Part shown: in pieces, positions 41,945-54,100 of the stretch
Numbering within the stretch: position 1 is the stretch's first letter
Layout: each line of letters opens with the position of its first letter
Origin: Macrostomum lignano
Taxonomy: Eukaryota
NCBI GenBank assembly: GCA_002269645.1
Contig: NIVC01000302.1
Location: forward strand, 511-64,510
Direction: 5' to 3'
Length of the DNA: 64,000 nt
Translations under genes and position numbers: made by a program
Notes under the pieces: model-generated
The model's input: the letters and a program-made list of their open reading frames with translations, nothing else
Databases searched by the model: none
What the model was told of the DNA's origin: nothing

Positions 41945-43200
41945 TGTCTATAGAATGTAGGGAATAATCTATAGAGTAGGGAGTCATCTATAGAGTGTAG
42001 GGAATTGTCTATAGAATGTAGGGAGTCATCTATAGAGTGTAGGGAATTGTCTATAGAATGTAGGGAATCTATAAAATGTAGGGAAACGTCTTTAGAGTGT
42101 AGAGAATCATCTGTAGAATGAAGAGAATCATCTAAAGAGTGTAGGGAATAATCTATAGAATGTAGGAATCATCTATAGTGTAGGGAATCATCTATAGTGT
42201 AGGGAATCATCTATAGAATGTAGGGAATCATCTATAGAATGTAGGGAATCATCTATAGAATGTAGGTAATAATCTATAGTGTAGGGAATAATCTATAGTG
42301 TAGGGAATAATCTATAGTGTAGGGAATCATCTAATGTAGGGAATAATCTATAGTGTAGGGAATAATCTATAGTGTAGGGAATAATCTATAGTGTAGGGAA
42401 TCATCTAATGTAGGGAATAATCTATAGTGTAGGGAATCATCTATAGAATGTAGGGAATCATCTATAGTGTAGGGAATCATCTGCAGTGTAGGGAATCATC
42501 TATAGAATGTAGGGAATCATCTATAATGTAGGGAATCATCTATAGTGTAGGGAATCATCTATAGTGTAGGGAATAATCTATAGTGTAGGGAATAATCTAT
42601 AGTGTAGGGAATAATCTATAGTGTAGGGAATCATCTAATGTAGGGAATAATCTATAGTGTAGGGAATAATCTATAGTGTAGGGAATAATCTATAGTGTAG
42701 GGAATAATCTATAGTGTAGGGAATCATCTAATGTAGGGAATAATCTATAGTGTAGGGAATCATCTATAGAATGTAGGGAATCATCTATAGTGTAGGGAAT
42801 CATCTAATGTAGGGAATAATCTATAGTGTAGGGAATCATCTATAGAATGTAGGGAATCATCTATAGTGTAGGGAATCATCTGCAGTGTAGGGAATCATCT
42901 ATAGAATGTAGGGAATCATCTATAATGTAGGGAATCATCTATAGTGTAGGGAATCATCTAATGTAGGGAATAATCTATAGTGTAGGGAATAATCTATAGT
43001 GTAGGGAATAATCTATAGTGTAGGGAATCATCTAATGTAGGGAATCATCTATAGTGTAGGGAATCATCTATAGAATGTAGGGAATCATCTATAGTGTAGG
43101 GAATCATCTATAGAATGTAGGGAATCATCTATAGTGTAGGGAATCATCTATAGAATGTAGGGAATCATCTATAGTGTAGGGATCATCTATAGACTGTAGG
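41945..43200. repeat. 19/21-bp minisatellite (GTGTAGGGAATCATCTATA)n with higher-order blocks
   Basis: Direct reading. Confidence 0.95.
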
Positions 43201-43996
43201 AAATCCTCTATGGTATATCAAGAATTTAAATCTAAAAAAGCAAAAATCACTGCAGACTCCGAGCTGCTCAAACTAAGATAAAGAATCCTGATTAACCAGA
43301 CAACTTGGCTCCAACCCAGAATCTCATCATCATCAATATTTTTGGTCCGCCTTCCAAATTTTACAGTTTTTTTTTCTGTCAGACTGTCAGAGTTTCTGTT
43401 TCTGTTATAAAAAATACTACTTGAGCTAAGCCAATAGAGAAAAATAACCTGAATATGGCGCTAATGAATATCAGTTATTGTAAAAAAATGCTGTAAATTT
43501 AAAGTTTATCATTCGAACTTTTTAAAAAAACGTTTAAATTTTCGAACACACGAAATAGAAAAGTACTCTGGCATGCTGTAAATACAGACTAACCGGGCGC
43601 TGTAGATTTCTGCTATGAGAAGTGGATTTTTTCACATGCCTTTCACTTTGATTATCTTTTGTCCCTTCCTGTTGCTGTTTTATGCGATCAATTTATCAAG
43701 AATTCCGCAGGATCGACTGTTAATTGTTATTGTCTACTTGAAATATTCTGCACGCAATGCACTGTTCTGGAATCGTATTAATGCTATATTTGTGCTAAAA
43801 TATGTAACGCTTTGATTGATTGCTAATTTAACAGTTTATTCAAGATTTCAAATCATGCCTGCTATGCAAAATATAATATTGTCTCCTGATGTGTTGTAAT
43901 AGTTGCTATTATTACTAATTAATGATTTTACTACTCAAGCTGATTAAAGTTGCAACGTTATAAAGTGGCTTTATTATACCGTGTTGATGTGTGAAG

Positions 43997-43997
43997 T

Positions 43998-44095
<98 letters not shown>

Positions 44096-44102
44096 CAGAT
44101 AA

Positions 44103-44135
<33 letters not shown>

Positions 44136-44144
44136 CAGATAGAT

Positions 44145-44183
<39 letters not shown>

Positions 44184-44190
44184 CAGATAG

Positions 44191-44287
<97 letters not shown>

Positions 44288-44340
44288 AAGATAGATAGAT
44301 AGATAGACAGATAAATAGATAGATAAATAGATAGATAGAC

Positions 44341-44389
<49 letters not shown>

Positions 44390-44392
44390 GAC

Positions 44393-44463
<71 letters not shown>

Positions 44464-44472
44464 CAGATAGAT

Positions 44473-44527
<55 letters not shown>

Positions 44528-44538
44528 CAGATAAATAA

Positions 44539-44574
<36 letters not shown>

Positions 44575-44692
44575 TTAGATAGACAGATAGATAGACAGAC
44601 AGATAGATAGATAGATAGATAGATAGACAGACAGATAGATAGACAGACAGATAGATAGACAGACAGATAGGTAGATAGAGAAATAGATAGAT
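43997..44692. repeat. (GATA)n/(GACA)n tetranucleotide array, about 700 bp
   Basis: Direct reading. Confidence 0.97.
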
Positions 44693-45013
44693 CATTCCTC
44701 CTATACATGTAAATCAATAAATACATAATATACTTGTTACATTAGCGGTAAATAATGTACCAGCATACTGTAAATAAGACAGCTCTGGCAATCAAAATCA
44801 GGCAGGAACCTTCTGTCTATTGACAATCCATAGCGACGGACGCCAGTTAAAATATTAATAACACAGGTACGCGCGAACTAATACAAGCAGCCCATGCATA
44901 CGGAATGAGTGCATGGATTGAATGCATTAATGAATGAATAAATAAACATCGCACTGTGCAGTGCCGCAGTGTTGTCACGTCAGCAGCTTGCCGTTCTGAG
45001 CAGGTAGAGCGAC

Positions 45014-45877
45014 ATGTCAGCTGATGCAGCGGCTCAATCTGAGGCTCTGTTGAGCCGCTTGCCGTTGAACATTCAGGCAAAGTTTGGCGGCCGCGCCCGC
45101 TGCCGTCAGCTGCTGCTGTTGGGCTCGACGTTGCCGCAAACTCTACAAGCGCCGGTGGCGGCGGCGGCGGCCTCAGCAGCCGGAGCCTCATCGCCAGCAG
45201 CCTCGCCAGACCAGCTGAGCAGCGGCTACAGGCAGCTGAGCCAGCAGTTCAACTCCAACTATTCGCCCGGCTCGGTGTACCCACCGGCCTGGCGCTGCGG
45301 CCACAGTCAGCAGACCCACTCGGCTGCCGCGGTGCGTCTCCTAGCAGACGACGGGGGTGCCGAGAAGATGCAGCGCCTTGCCCGACGCCGGCGTCGTGAC
45401 GCGTTCTCGGCGCACAACGAGGCCGCCCATCTGGACAGGAAGTTCCGGCTTGGCTGGATCGAGTGCCTGGAGGAGCGGCGCCGGCTGCGAGATCTGACGA
45501 CGCCGCTGCCGCCGAGACCGCAGCCTTCGGCTCCGCCTTCGCCGCCACCTCCACCGCCCAAGGAGGTCTTCCAGGCGCACCTGTACGCTCCGCCGCAGGC
45601 GAAGAAGCCTGGCGCCGCTGTCAAGCGGGTGACCATCCGGGGCCGGCGCTGGTCCGCGCCAATACGATTCAGCGGCCGCCGCCTGTCGGCGAGGTCGGCA
45701 ACGAGTTTGCAGTGTGAAAAACTGAAAGCTGATTTTTGTACGAATGCGAGCGTACAGGTCGCCAGCACAGCAGACTCGCTGAGATCCCCAATAGGCTGCT
45801 CATTCTGGCATTCCTGCGTATGCTTTAAATCTGACCTGAGAGGGTTGTGGAGGCAGGAACTGTGCAGGCAATGGTGA
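45014..45877 (+). CDS. Hypothetical protein, 287 aa (orphan; 3' end uncertain)
   Basis: GC-rich, Ala-run-containing ORF with the same composition as the real exons, up to about 45700. No recognisable domain. Confidence 0.5.
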   Translation: MSADAAAQSEALLSRLPLNIQAKFGGRARCRQLLLLGSTLPQTLQAPVAAAAASAAGASSPAASPDQLSSGYRQLSQQFNSNYSPGSVYPPAWRCGHSQQTHSAAAVRLLADDGGAEKMQRLARRRRRDAFSAHNEAAHLDRKFRLGWIECLEERRRLRDLTTPLPPRPQPSAPPSPPPPPPKEVFQAHLYAPPQAKKPGAAVKRVTIRGRRWSAPIRFSGRRLSARSATSLQCEKLKADFCTNASVQVASTADSLRSPIGCSFWHSCVCFKSDLRGLWRQELCRQW

Positions 45878-45914
45878 GGGGGGAATGATGGGGAAAGAGA
45901 CGGAATCGATTCGG

Positions 45915-46060
45915 GAATGATGCAGTGCATGATGCAGGGAATGATGCAGTGCATGATGCAGGGAATGATTCGGGAATGATTCGTGAATGATGCAGTGCAT
46001 GATGCAGGGAATGATTCGGGAATGATGCAGTGCATGATGCAGTGCATGATGCAGTGCATG
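45915..46060. repeat. 12-bp repeat (ATGATGCAGTGC / ATGATGCAGGGA)n
   Basis: Direct reading. Confidence 0.85.
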
Positions 46061-46540
46061 AGCCGCCCAAGCTGAGAATATCTAAATGAACTATTATATA
46101 GCCAGCACAGCAGACGAGTGTGAGAAGCGCAGAGTTGATAAAATTCACGCTTTTCAGCTTGAAAATACATTTATTTTAGACCTGTGCATGGCACACAGAA
46201 ATTAAATAATACACTTGTAGATGCGAGTTAAACGAATAAGGTCGTCTCAAAGTAAAAATAACAAACAATAAATGAATTCAACCTTTGTACGCAGTGCCTT
46301 TACAGAAGCGGATCAAATAGGCTGTAGCGCAAATTCTGTCTGTCTAGAGCTGTGCTCAAGTACAGAGAAATCACGGAAAATGATCGACAAGTAAAAAAAA
46401 CGCTAAATCACTAAACGCACTACTTGAATAGGCGGCAGTAGTGCAATTAAGTAGACTCAGATTATGTTTTTTCTATAATAAAACACAGTCTAGTTTCTGT
46501 CTCAGCCTGACGCTAAGCAGTGAAGCTTTACTCGCAGCAG

Positions 46541-46840
46541 TCATTCTCGAGCGGCTCGCTTGCCGCCAACTGCCGACAACTCCAAGTCGCAATCGCTCAA
46601 TGGCCGTTTCAACGCCTTACGCTCTCTTGGCTGCAAATAATAATGGCAATAATAATAATTACTATTAGTATTATTGCTATTTGGGTCCAGCGACTCGTCT
46701 TCCAGTTCGGACCGCGACAAGGAGAAGGCATTGCTGTGCATCAGGTGCGCAGTCCACCGCTGATAGGCCCTCCTAGTAGCCGCAACCAGGGCCGCTGCTT
46801 CGGGTGGCCAAGGTATGGAAGACATGGGCTGGCAGGACAT
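46541..46840 (-). CDS. Small hypothetical protein, 99 aa
   Basis: ATG-initiated ORF with GC-rich ends, an Asn/Tyr low-complexity middle and a basic C-terminus (KRPLSD...GGKRAARE). No homology recognised. Confidence 0.3.
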   Translation of the reverse strand: MSCQPMSSIPWPPEAAALVAATRRAYQRWTAHLMHSNAFSLSRSELEDESLDPNSNNTNSNYYYCHYYLQPRERKALKRPLSDCDLELSAVGGKRAARE

Positions 46841-47184
46841 CTATTTAAGTCCGTATTTAAATCAACTGTCAATGCTGCATGGATTTCAAAGGTTCCCCGA
46901 GTAGAGAAAGTAAGTGTCTAAAAGTTATTTGTTAGCTTTGATATATCAAACATAGACAATTCCTGGTGTTTTCAATTCAACCCCCAGAGTGGCTCATTTT
47001 GTTATACCACTTGACGCTGTCTAACTTGAAGAATATTTAATTCTCTGCAAAATGCTTATTATTGTACCATGACCTTTGTGCCCGCTGGGCACTTACTTAT
47101 TCTTGCCTTTTAATGCCATAGACTACATTTAAACCAGCTTGCAGGAAAGAAATATCGAAATTAGCGGGCAGTTAATGATGTAGT

Positions 47185-47574
47185 ATGGATGTAATGCAAC
47201 TCGACACTACGCCAAAGTCAGTTCTGTTGCAAGAACAGTGGGCACTTCGTAAGTTCAACGAGGTGCTTTCAAGCAAGAACTACGCCTGCGATCTGAATAC
47301 AGCCGATATCGAACAGTTAGTCACTGGCTTGCGAATCTTCTATGCTTTTGTTCGTAAAATTGACGGTGGCTTCTATGCCCCTGCTTCGTTGAGTACCGCT
47401 CGAGCTGGTGTTTTCCGCTATTTGCTGCGTGTCCGTGACGTTAATATTATCGAGGATCCGCGCTTTGCAAAGGCCAACATGCAATTGAAGGCTACAGCCG
47501 CCATGTTCATCAGATCAGGCGGCACCGTCAGTTTTTATAATGTTACAACTGCTAAATATAGCATAAATAGTTAG
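47185..47574 (+). mobile_element. Crypton-like tyrosine-recombinase transposon fragment (N-terminal/core-binding region)
   Basis: EQWALRKF...LRIFYAFVRKIDGGFYAPASLSTARAGVFRYL...NIIEDPRFAKAN matches the pattern of Crypton/KCTD1/ZMYM/QRICH1-type proteins. Truncated before the catalytic domain. Confidence 0.65.
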
Positions 47575-47790
47575 CTCAGACGTTGGCTTCGGCCATAGAC
47601 ATTCAAAGCGTGCAACAATCTGGCTTGATTGCTATACCCCTAAAAACCCCTCCAAAATGATACCGTCTGTCTGATGAACTGTCTATCTGTCCCACTTTGT
47701 CAAGGACACAAATATGTCTATGGCACAGTAATAGTAACGGCGCCCTCTGATTTTCCCATTATCGCCCTTAAAGCATGGGTATTAAGGCAC

Positions 47791-50700
47791 TATTGGTTTT
47801 GTCAGCCTAACTGAGAATAAAGCCATCCAAAGTGAGAATCCTGCCTACGCTGACTGCGAAGGGCCTGGCTGCGTGCAGCCTTAGTCTATGGGCCATAGAC
47901 TATAAAGGATAAGCAAAGTGATAAAAAGCCATCCAATGTGAGAATCCTGCCTACGCTGAATACGAAGGGCCTAGCTGCGTCCAGCCATAGACTATAAAGG
48001 ATAAGCTAGGATTGGCTAGTCATATGGCTCAGAAGCTCAGAAGGTATAAAAATAAAAGAATACAACGCATAGACCAGGGTCGTTCTCAAAGTTTAGTCGT
48101 AAGCAGTGAAACAAATATTTTTGAAAATCAGCCTGAAATATTGAATCTTTTCTTATTTTAGCTCTAAAAGGACTTAAAAAATATATGCCTCTCATGGGTC
48201 TTAATCTATTTTAACATTGAACTTTTGATGTTAATCTCATCAGAGTGCGCTATTTCATTTTTCGATGTATATTTTTATTATCGCACGAGCTATAATACCC
48301 ACTTTAGAGAAGCTACATTCTGTTCACGTGGTCTTATTAAAGAAGAAAATTGATAAATGTTATTTATAACTTTGGTTAGCACAACCTAGAACCCATTTAA
48401 CTCTTTCGATTGCAAAGCAGATGTTGCTATTTCGATTTTTGCTAGAAACGTAACATTATGAATGATTAAAAAATCCACTTTTAATTAATTTGTTCTGTTA
48501 ATAGAATAAGCTAATAGCTGCGTTTTCTGCTGTTTTTTTAAGAAAGATAGTCATATCTAACACTAAAGTATCAATTAAGGCAGTTTCATTCTATATTAAA
48601 AAGAAAAGTTAAATAAATTCAATTTTAAGTTTTTTTCAATAGCACAAAATTAACCTAACAAAGAGAGATTTCGCTGACAACAACAAAGCAAGTAGCACCA
48701 AAGTTATTTTAATTTAAAGTCCTCATCTGTGGGATGAGAAAAAGTACCACTTTTTTGTCTCTAGTTATGAAAAAAAATTTTCTCAGCACATTGTTAGGTT
48801 TTTTGGATGTTTTTTTATGTACGCTCGTATTTAGATGAATTTTTGCTATTGATCACCCAATATGTTAGTCAGAACAAACAGAATTTGATTTATGTAGATA
48901 AAATTGACTATTTTTCTCTTAAAAACAGTCGTTTTTTGTTGTTTTCACACAATTTTTTTAACTGATTTAAAATTTGTATTGTAAGTTACAAGTAAACATA
49001 ATGAGTCAAAACAAGAGGTAGTAGAAACTGAAAAGAAAATAAGAGTAACGAATAATAAAAAAAGTTGCATGATTTGATTAGTCAAGAAATAGTATTAAAA
49101 CAATTTTGCATCTGATTTATAATCAATGAAATTAGCTGTCTGAAGCACAAAAATTAATTTCTTTGAAACATTAAATTCATTCTCATATGTTCTGCAATTC
49201 ATTAAAGATATACATGTAGCAACTTAAACATTCAGTTGATACTTTTCACCTTTGGATGCATATAGCTACTAACAAGAAAAAAGACAAAAGAAAAAACTTA
49301 ATTGCCATTGATGCTGGCAATGTAATATTAAATATGGTACAGAAAGATGGAATCTCTACAGAGTGCTGCCACACGAATTTTTGAAGTGTTTAACAGATAA
49401 GTCATGGCAGTACCATAACAGACATACTATATTTTATATTACTCTTCGATTGACAATTACGCTTTAGATATGTTTTAGATGATGATTTTCCATTGGGACT
49501 AACTCTATATACCGAGGCCAGACACAGTTAAGTGCGGCTGACAGCACTGAAGCGGCGGTTAACAGAGAATGCGATGAGCTGTGGCCTGTGGAGACAGCCA
49601 GCTGATGTACGAGCATCAGTAGAAGGGAAAGACATCCAATAGTGTCTTGCTATTGGTTTGTTACATGTACAGCGAACATCTACTTTTATTCTAATGTGAT
49701 CGATTTAATTCTACTGACCCAATTGGCTAAAGCACTGTAAACTGCACACCTCTCGGACGGATATGTAATGCTATTTGCTGCACTTTTACCTGTTTCTCTG
49801 CCAGAACACCAGCATCATTGTATGTGCCACAATCTAAGATGTGCAGTGGTCCTTTGGATGTGGTTAGTTCTGCAGGCATCGACGTAATTTATCAAATGAG
49901 ACGAATTGTATACCGAGCATGACAGCTAGTGCAGGGCCAGAATCGATTACAGAGGTTCGCCAGAGCAATTGCAGTGATCCATGTGGCTGCCGAGTCAGAC
50001 GTCTGTAATAGGCTAATTAACTTACCAAGACCAAAGTATTTAATTTAAATTTATAAGCTGTTCTTTTAGTAGTTATGCAGCCTAATTACATAAGAAAATA
50101 GTATAGTAAAATAGTAAAATAGTATTAAAGCTATGTTGCAGAATATAAATGCTTGCTGAATTATTTTTAAAAAAAAACGCAAGTCTGTTCGAAAAAAGAT
50201 ACATGCATTTTAGGTTTTAAAAGAAATGGCTTCCTAGCTCGTTTACTATATATATTCTAATTCAAAAAAACTTTTAATGCTTTAAAAGACATATTTTGCA
50301 AGCCTAATTTTTAGCTAAACCAGTTTTGTATATTTTAAGCTTCATATTTCGGTGTTTAAGTACAATAATTAAGTTCTTGAGTGGTACAATATCAATTATT
50401 TCGGGTGTTTCTTGTTACGCGATAATTTTAAATACAAGCAATTTATACGAAAAAAACAAAATGTTGATTTAAAAATAACATTTTCTATTGAAATAATACT
50501 TATTAAATAGTAAACATAGAATAAAAGATGTATCTAATTCATAAAAAAATAAAAGAAAACTTGCATTATTTCACAATTTTTGGTCGTTTTATTTTCCGTT
50601 GCGAAAAATAACAAATTGCTAGATTTCGTCTTAAATATTTGGTTTCTTGTGGTTTTAACGGCAGTTTTTTAATTAAATTGACGAAAGAATCGTTTTTGCA

Positions 50701-50938
50701 AAATAATTACTTTATTCAAAAACTTTTTTTTTCTGTACCAAAACATCATGACCTTAATTTGAGAACTACCCACCAATCGATTCTCACATTGGATGGCTTT
50801 TTATCACTTTGCTTGTCCTTTATTGTCTATGGCCCATAGACTAAGGCTGCACGCAGCCAGGCCGGCCCTTCGCAGTCAGCGTAGGCAGGATTCTCATTTT
50901 GGGTGGCTTTATTCTCAGTTAGGCTGACAAAAGCAATA
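47791..50938. repeat. About 150-160-bp inverted repeat pair (47791-47947 / 50779-50938), possible TIR element
   Basis: TATTGGTTTTGTCAGCCTAACTGAGAATAAAGCC... is reverse-complemented at the right end. Each arm contains the hairpin GTCTATGG-N-CCATAGAC. The left arm has a partial tandem duplication to about 48005. Confidence 0.7.
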
Positions 50939-51179
50939 TTATCAGTTACTATTTTTGGATTCACAAAATAAGAAGTTTGCACGAAGCTTAGAGCCGGCAG
51001 CTCAGCAGTATCTCTGTCTGTGGCTGAAACTCCCATGGCTCTGATGCGAGTACAGGTCGAGATCGAGAGGAGCGGCTTCGCTTCGAGCTGAGTTGCCTGC
51101 CAGCCCCAGTTCATCTCTTGCAGAACCAACGCTCAGCATAAAATTTCTGTCAACTTTTGTCTGCACAGAATCCTTAAAC

Positions 51180-54100
51180 ATGAGGCTAAAAAACGTCAGC
51201 ACAATCTTCATGACTTTTCTGGCTGCTTTTTGCATCCAGCTCGATGCGTCAAGCAAACTGCATCTCGCTGATGACGGCTACTATAACGACTTGCTAGTCT
51301 TTGTGCAAATACCTGCAGACGGCAACGTGCAGGAGAAGCACTATGCTCATCTACTTCATGTGCTGCAGGTGAGGCATAATACGCTTTGATTGTGTGATAT
51401 TGAAATTGAAGTCTGGGAGAATATCCAGTGCTGCTTTGACCTTTCAGACCGCCCTTCGGGAGGCCTCCGGCATCTTGGAGAAGCTCACCCATAATGTGGG
51501 CCGCCGTCTCGGCTTCGGCGAGGTCAGCGTGCTGCTGCCGCACAGTCTAAGTGAGAAGCTCGCCCAATTGAACCATTCGAGGCTTCAGCTGCACCCGGCA
51601 ACGTGGCAGCGGCCAGAGAACGCGGATTTCGTTGTCTCTCCGGACATCAAGGAGTCTGATGAGGGTGTCGTGCGGGACAAGTTCGTCTGTGGAGCTCAAG
51701 CAGAAAAAGTACAACTCTCGACCAAGATTCTCGAGTCCAGCAACGCTTACAGACGTAAGTCGTAAGAATCCTCTTGATGCTTGATTAGTTGATATCCTTG
51801 ATGCTTAATCCAGGGACTTTGTACCTTCTACCAGGGACTTCTGCGATATAAGTTTACCATAGAAAGAAGGGACTAGAAACTCGGCTTTAGTGAGTAAGAA
51901 ATGTGGGGGCTGGCTGATTTAAGGCAAGATATTTATCAGCTTACAAAGTAAGTAAAAATCTAAGGATATGTCAATAAATCTAACGACGGACGCATTAACG
52001 AACGAGGATACAAAAGCATAGATGGCTTAATGTCCATTTTATCAAACACCAGTGCACAATTCCTACTAATGGGAGGCGGCAGTGATGCAAATAACATGAG
52101 AAGCAGTAAGCTTTGCTTCACTCTGAGATGCAACGGTCGTAAAACAACCCAACTGTCTCTGAAGAGTCTTTGGATGGTGGCAGGCAAAGAATCTGTCGCA
52201 GAGTTAAAAGCAGTGTTCTCTGAAGATCAGAATCTTCGCCTTGCGCAGTACTGCGAGTCCCAGAACGCTGAGCTGTGCTTAGGGGGCGACCTCAACGCGC
52301 ACTACAAGCACTGGGGCAGCAAAGACACCAATACTAGAGGGGAGGAGCTTCTGGCCCTTATCTCTAACACAAACCTCATGCTCTGCAACCGCGGTAGCAC
52401 TCCTACCTTTAACAATGGCAGATGGACTGAGGTCCTTGACGCCACACTCGTTACCCCAAGACTCTTTGACAGAGTTAAGGAGTGGAGAGTCTGGTCTGAG
52501 GAGCCCTCCCTGTCTGAACACTGCTTTATCGCCTTTAACATCGCGGACACTAAACCCCAGTCCTCGATTTCTTGGAGGCGTAACATCCGCAACACTGATT
52601 GGGCGGCCTATAAGGCTACCCTTGATCTGCACCTGCAGGAACTCACGGACTTACGGTACGTCCGATTGAGACCTGCGAGGATGTGGACCATGCGGCTGAG
52701 ACGCTGACAGGTTGCATTATTGCAGCCTATGAGGCGGCCTGCCCTGTCCGTGCCTACAAAGGCAAGACCTCGGCGCCGTGGTGGAACCCGGAGATGGGGA
52801 AACTCAGGCGGAAGGCCAAAAGCCTTCACCGCCGTGCCATGAAGACCGGAAACCCGGAGGAGATGGAGCTTTTCCGACAAGCCTCTCGCAACTTCAAATC
52901 TGAAGTGCGCAAGGCCAAGGAATGTAAATGGCGCCAATTCTGCAATGAATTGGATCAAGACAGACCTACTTCTAGGCTTGTCAAGGTCCTTACAATGGAC
53001 ATCCAAAAAATCTCCAAATATCCAAATTAGCCATGATCAGAAAATATGATGGCTCTCTTACTAAAGACCCTGAAGAAGTGCTTCAGCATATGCTCAGCAC
53101 ATTCTTCCCGAGGGTACCCACCGCTAGATCGGAACCCAACCACTCAATAGATGGAGCCACCCTAGCGGCGGGCATAATCACTGAAGACTTAATCGCTCGT
53201 GCAGTCAGAACCTTCAAGCCCTTCAAATCTCCTGGACCTGATGGTATCTACCCTGTTCTTCGTGAAGCAGCCAAGATACCCTCGCTCTTGAGACTTACCC
53301 GCAATCTCATGCGGGCCTCTATCCAGCTGGGATACGTTCCCAAGTGCTGGACCGAAGCTCGGGTAGTCTTCATTCCCAAACCTGGGAAGGCTGACTACCA
53401 GAGCGTCAAGGCCTTTATGCCAATTAGCTTAACGTCAGCAATGCTTAAGCTCACTGAGAGGCTTATTCTCTGGCGGCTGCTTTCTTGCGAGCTGACAGCA
53501 ATGCCTCTCAGCAATCATCAGCACGCCTTCCGTACCGGGAGGTCGACTGACAGCGCCCTGCATGCGATAGTCGAGAAGATTGAACGGGCGGTACTGGGTG
53601 ACGGTTACGCCCTGGCTCTTTTTCTCGACATTGTTGGCGCCTTCGACAACGTTATCTTTGAAGCGTTTCAGAGGGCCCTTCAAAATCGCAAAGCTCACGC
53701 TACCCTCATACGGTGGATCATGTACATGATCTCCAACCGTACGGTCACTGCCCAACTTCTTGGGCAAACTGCCTCCGCCAGAGTCTGTAAGGGTGGACCC
53801 CAAGGCGGAGTCCTCACCCCGACGCTCTGGAACCTGGTCATGGACGCTCTTCTGGGTGACTCCCGACCTGATCCCGTCTTCAAAGTCGGGTATGCTGACG
53901 ACGTCACTGCCATTGTGGCTGGGCCGTCCCCCAGCACGCTCAGTGATCTGATGCAGAGTTTTATCCGCAAAGCAGAATCCTGGGCCAATGACAATGGTCT
54001 GGAACTCTCCGAGCCCAAAACTGTTGCCATTATGTTCACCAGCAGAATACGCTGGAACATACGACCTCTGCAGCTATACGGCAGAGATATTGCCTTCGCG

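Noticed and set aside
43958-44726. 250-aa hydrophobic ORFs (IYLSIYLS...)
   Set aside because: Antisense translation of the GATA microsatellite.
49540-50010. GC-richer island with possible splice sites on the minus strand
   Set aside because: Frames are short and interrupted, with no recognisable homology; cannot support a gene.
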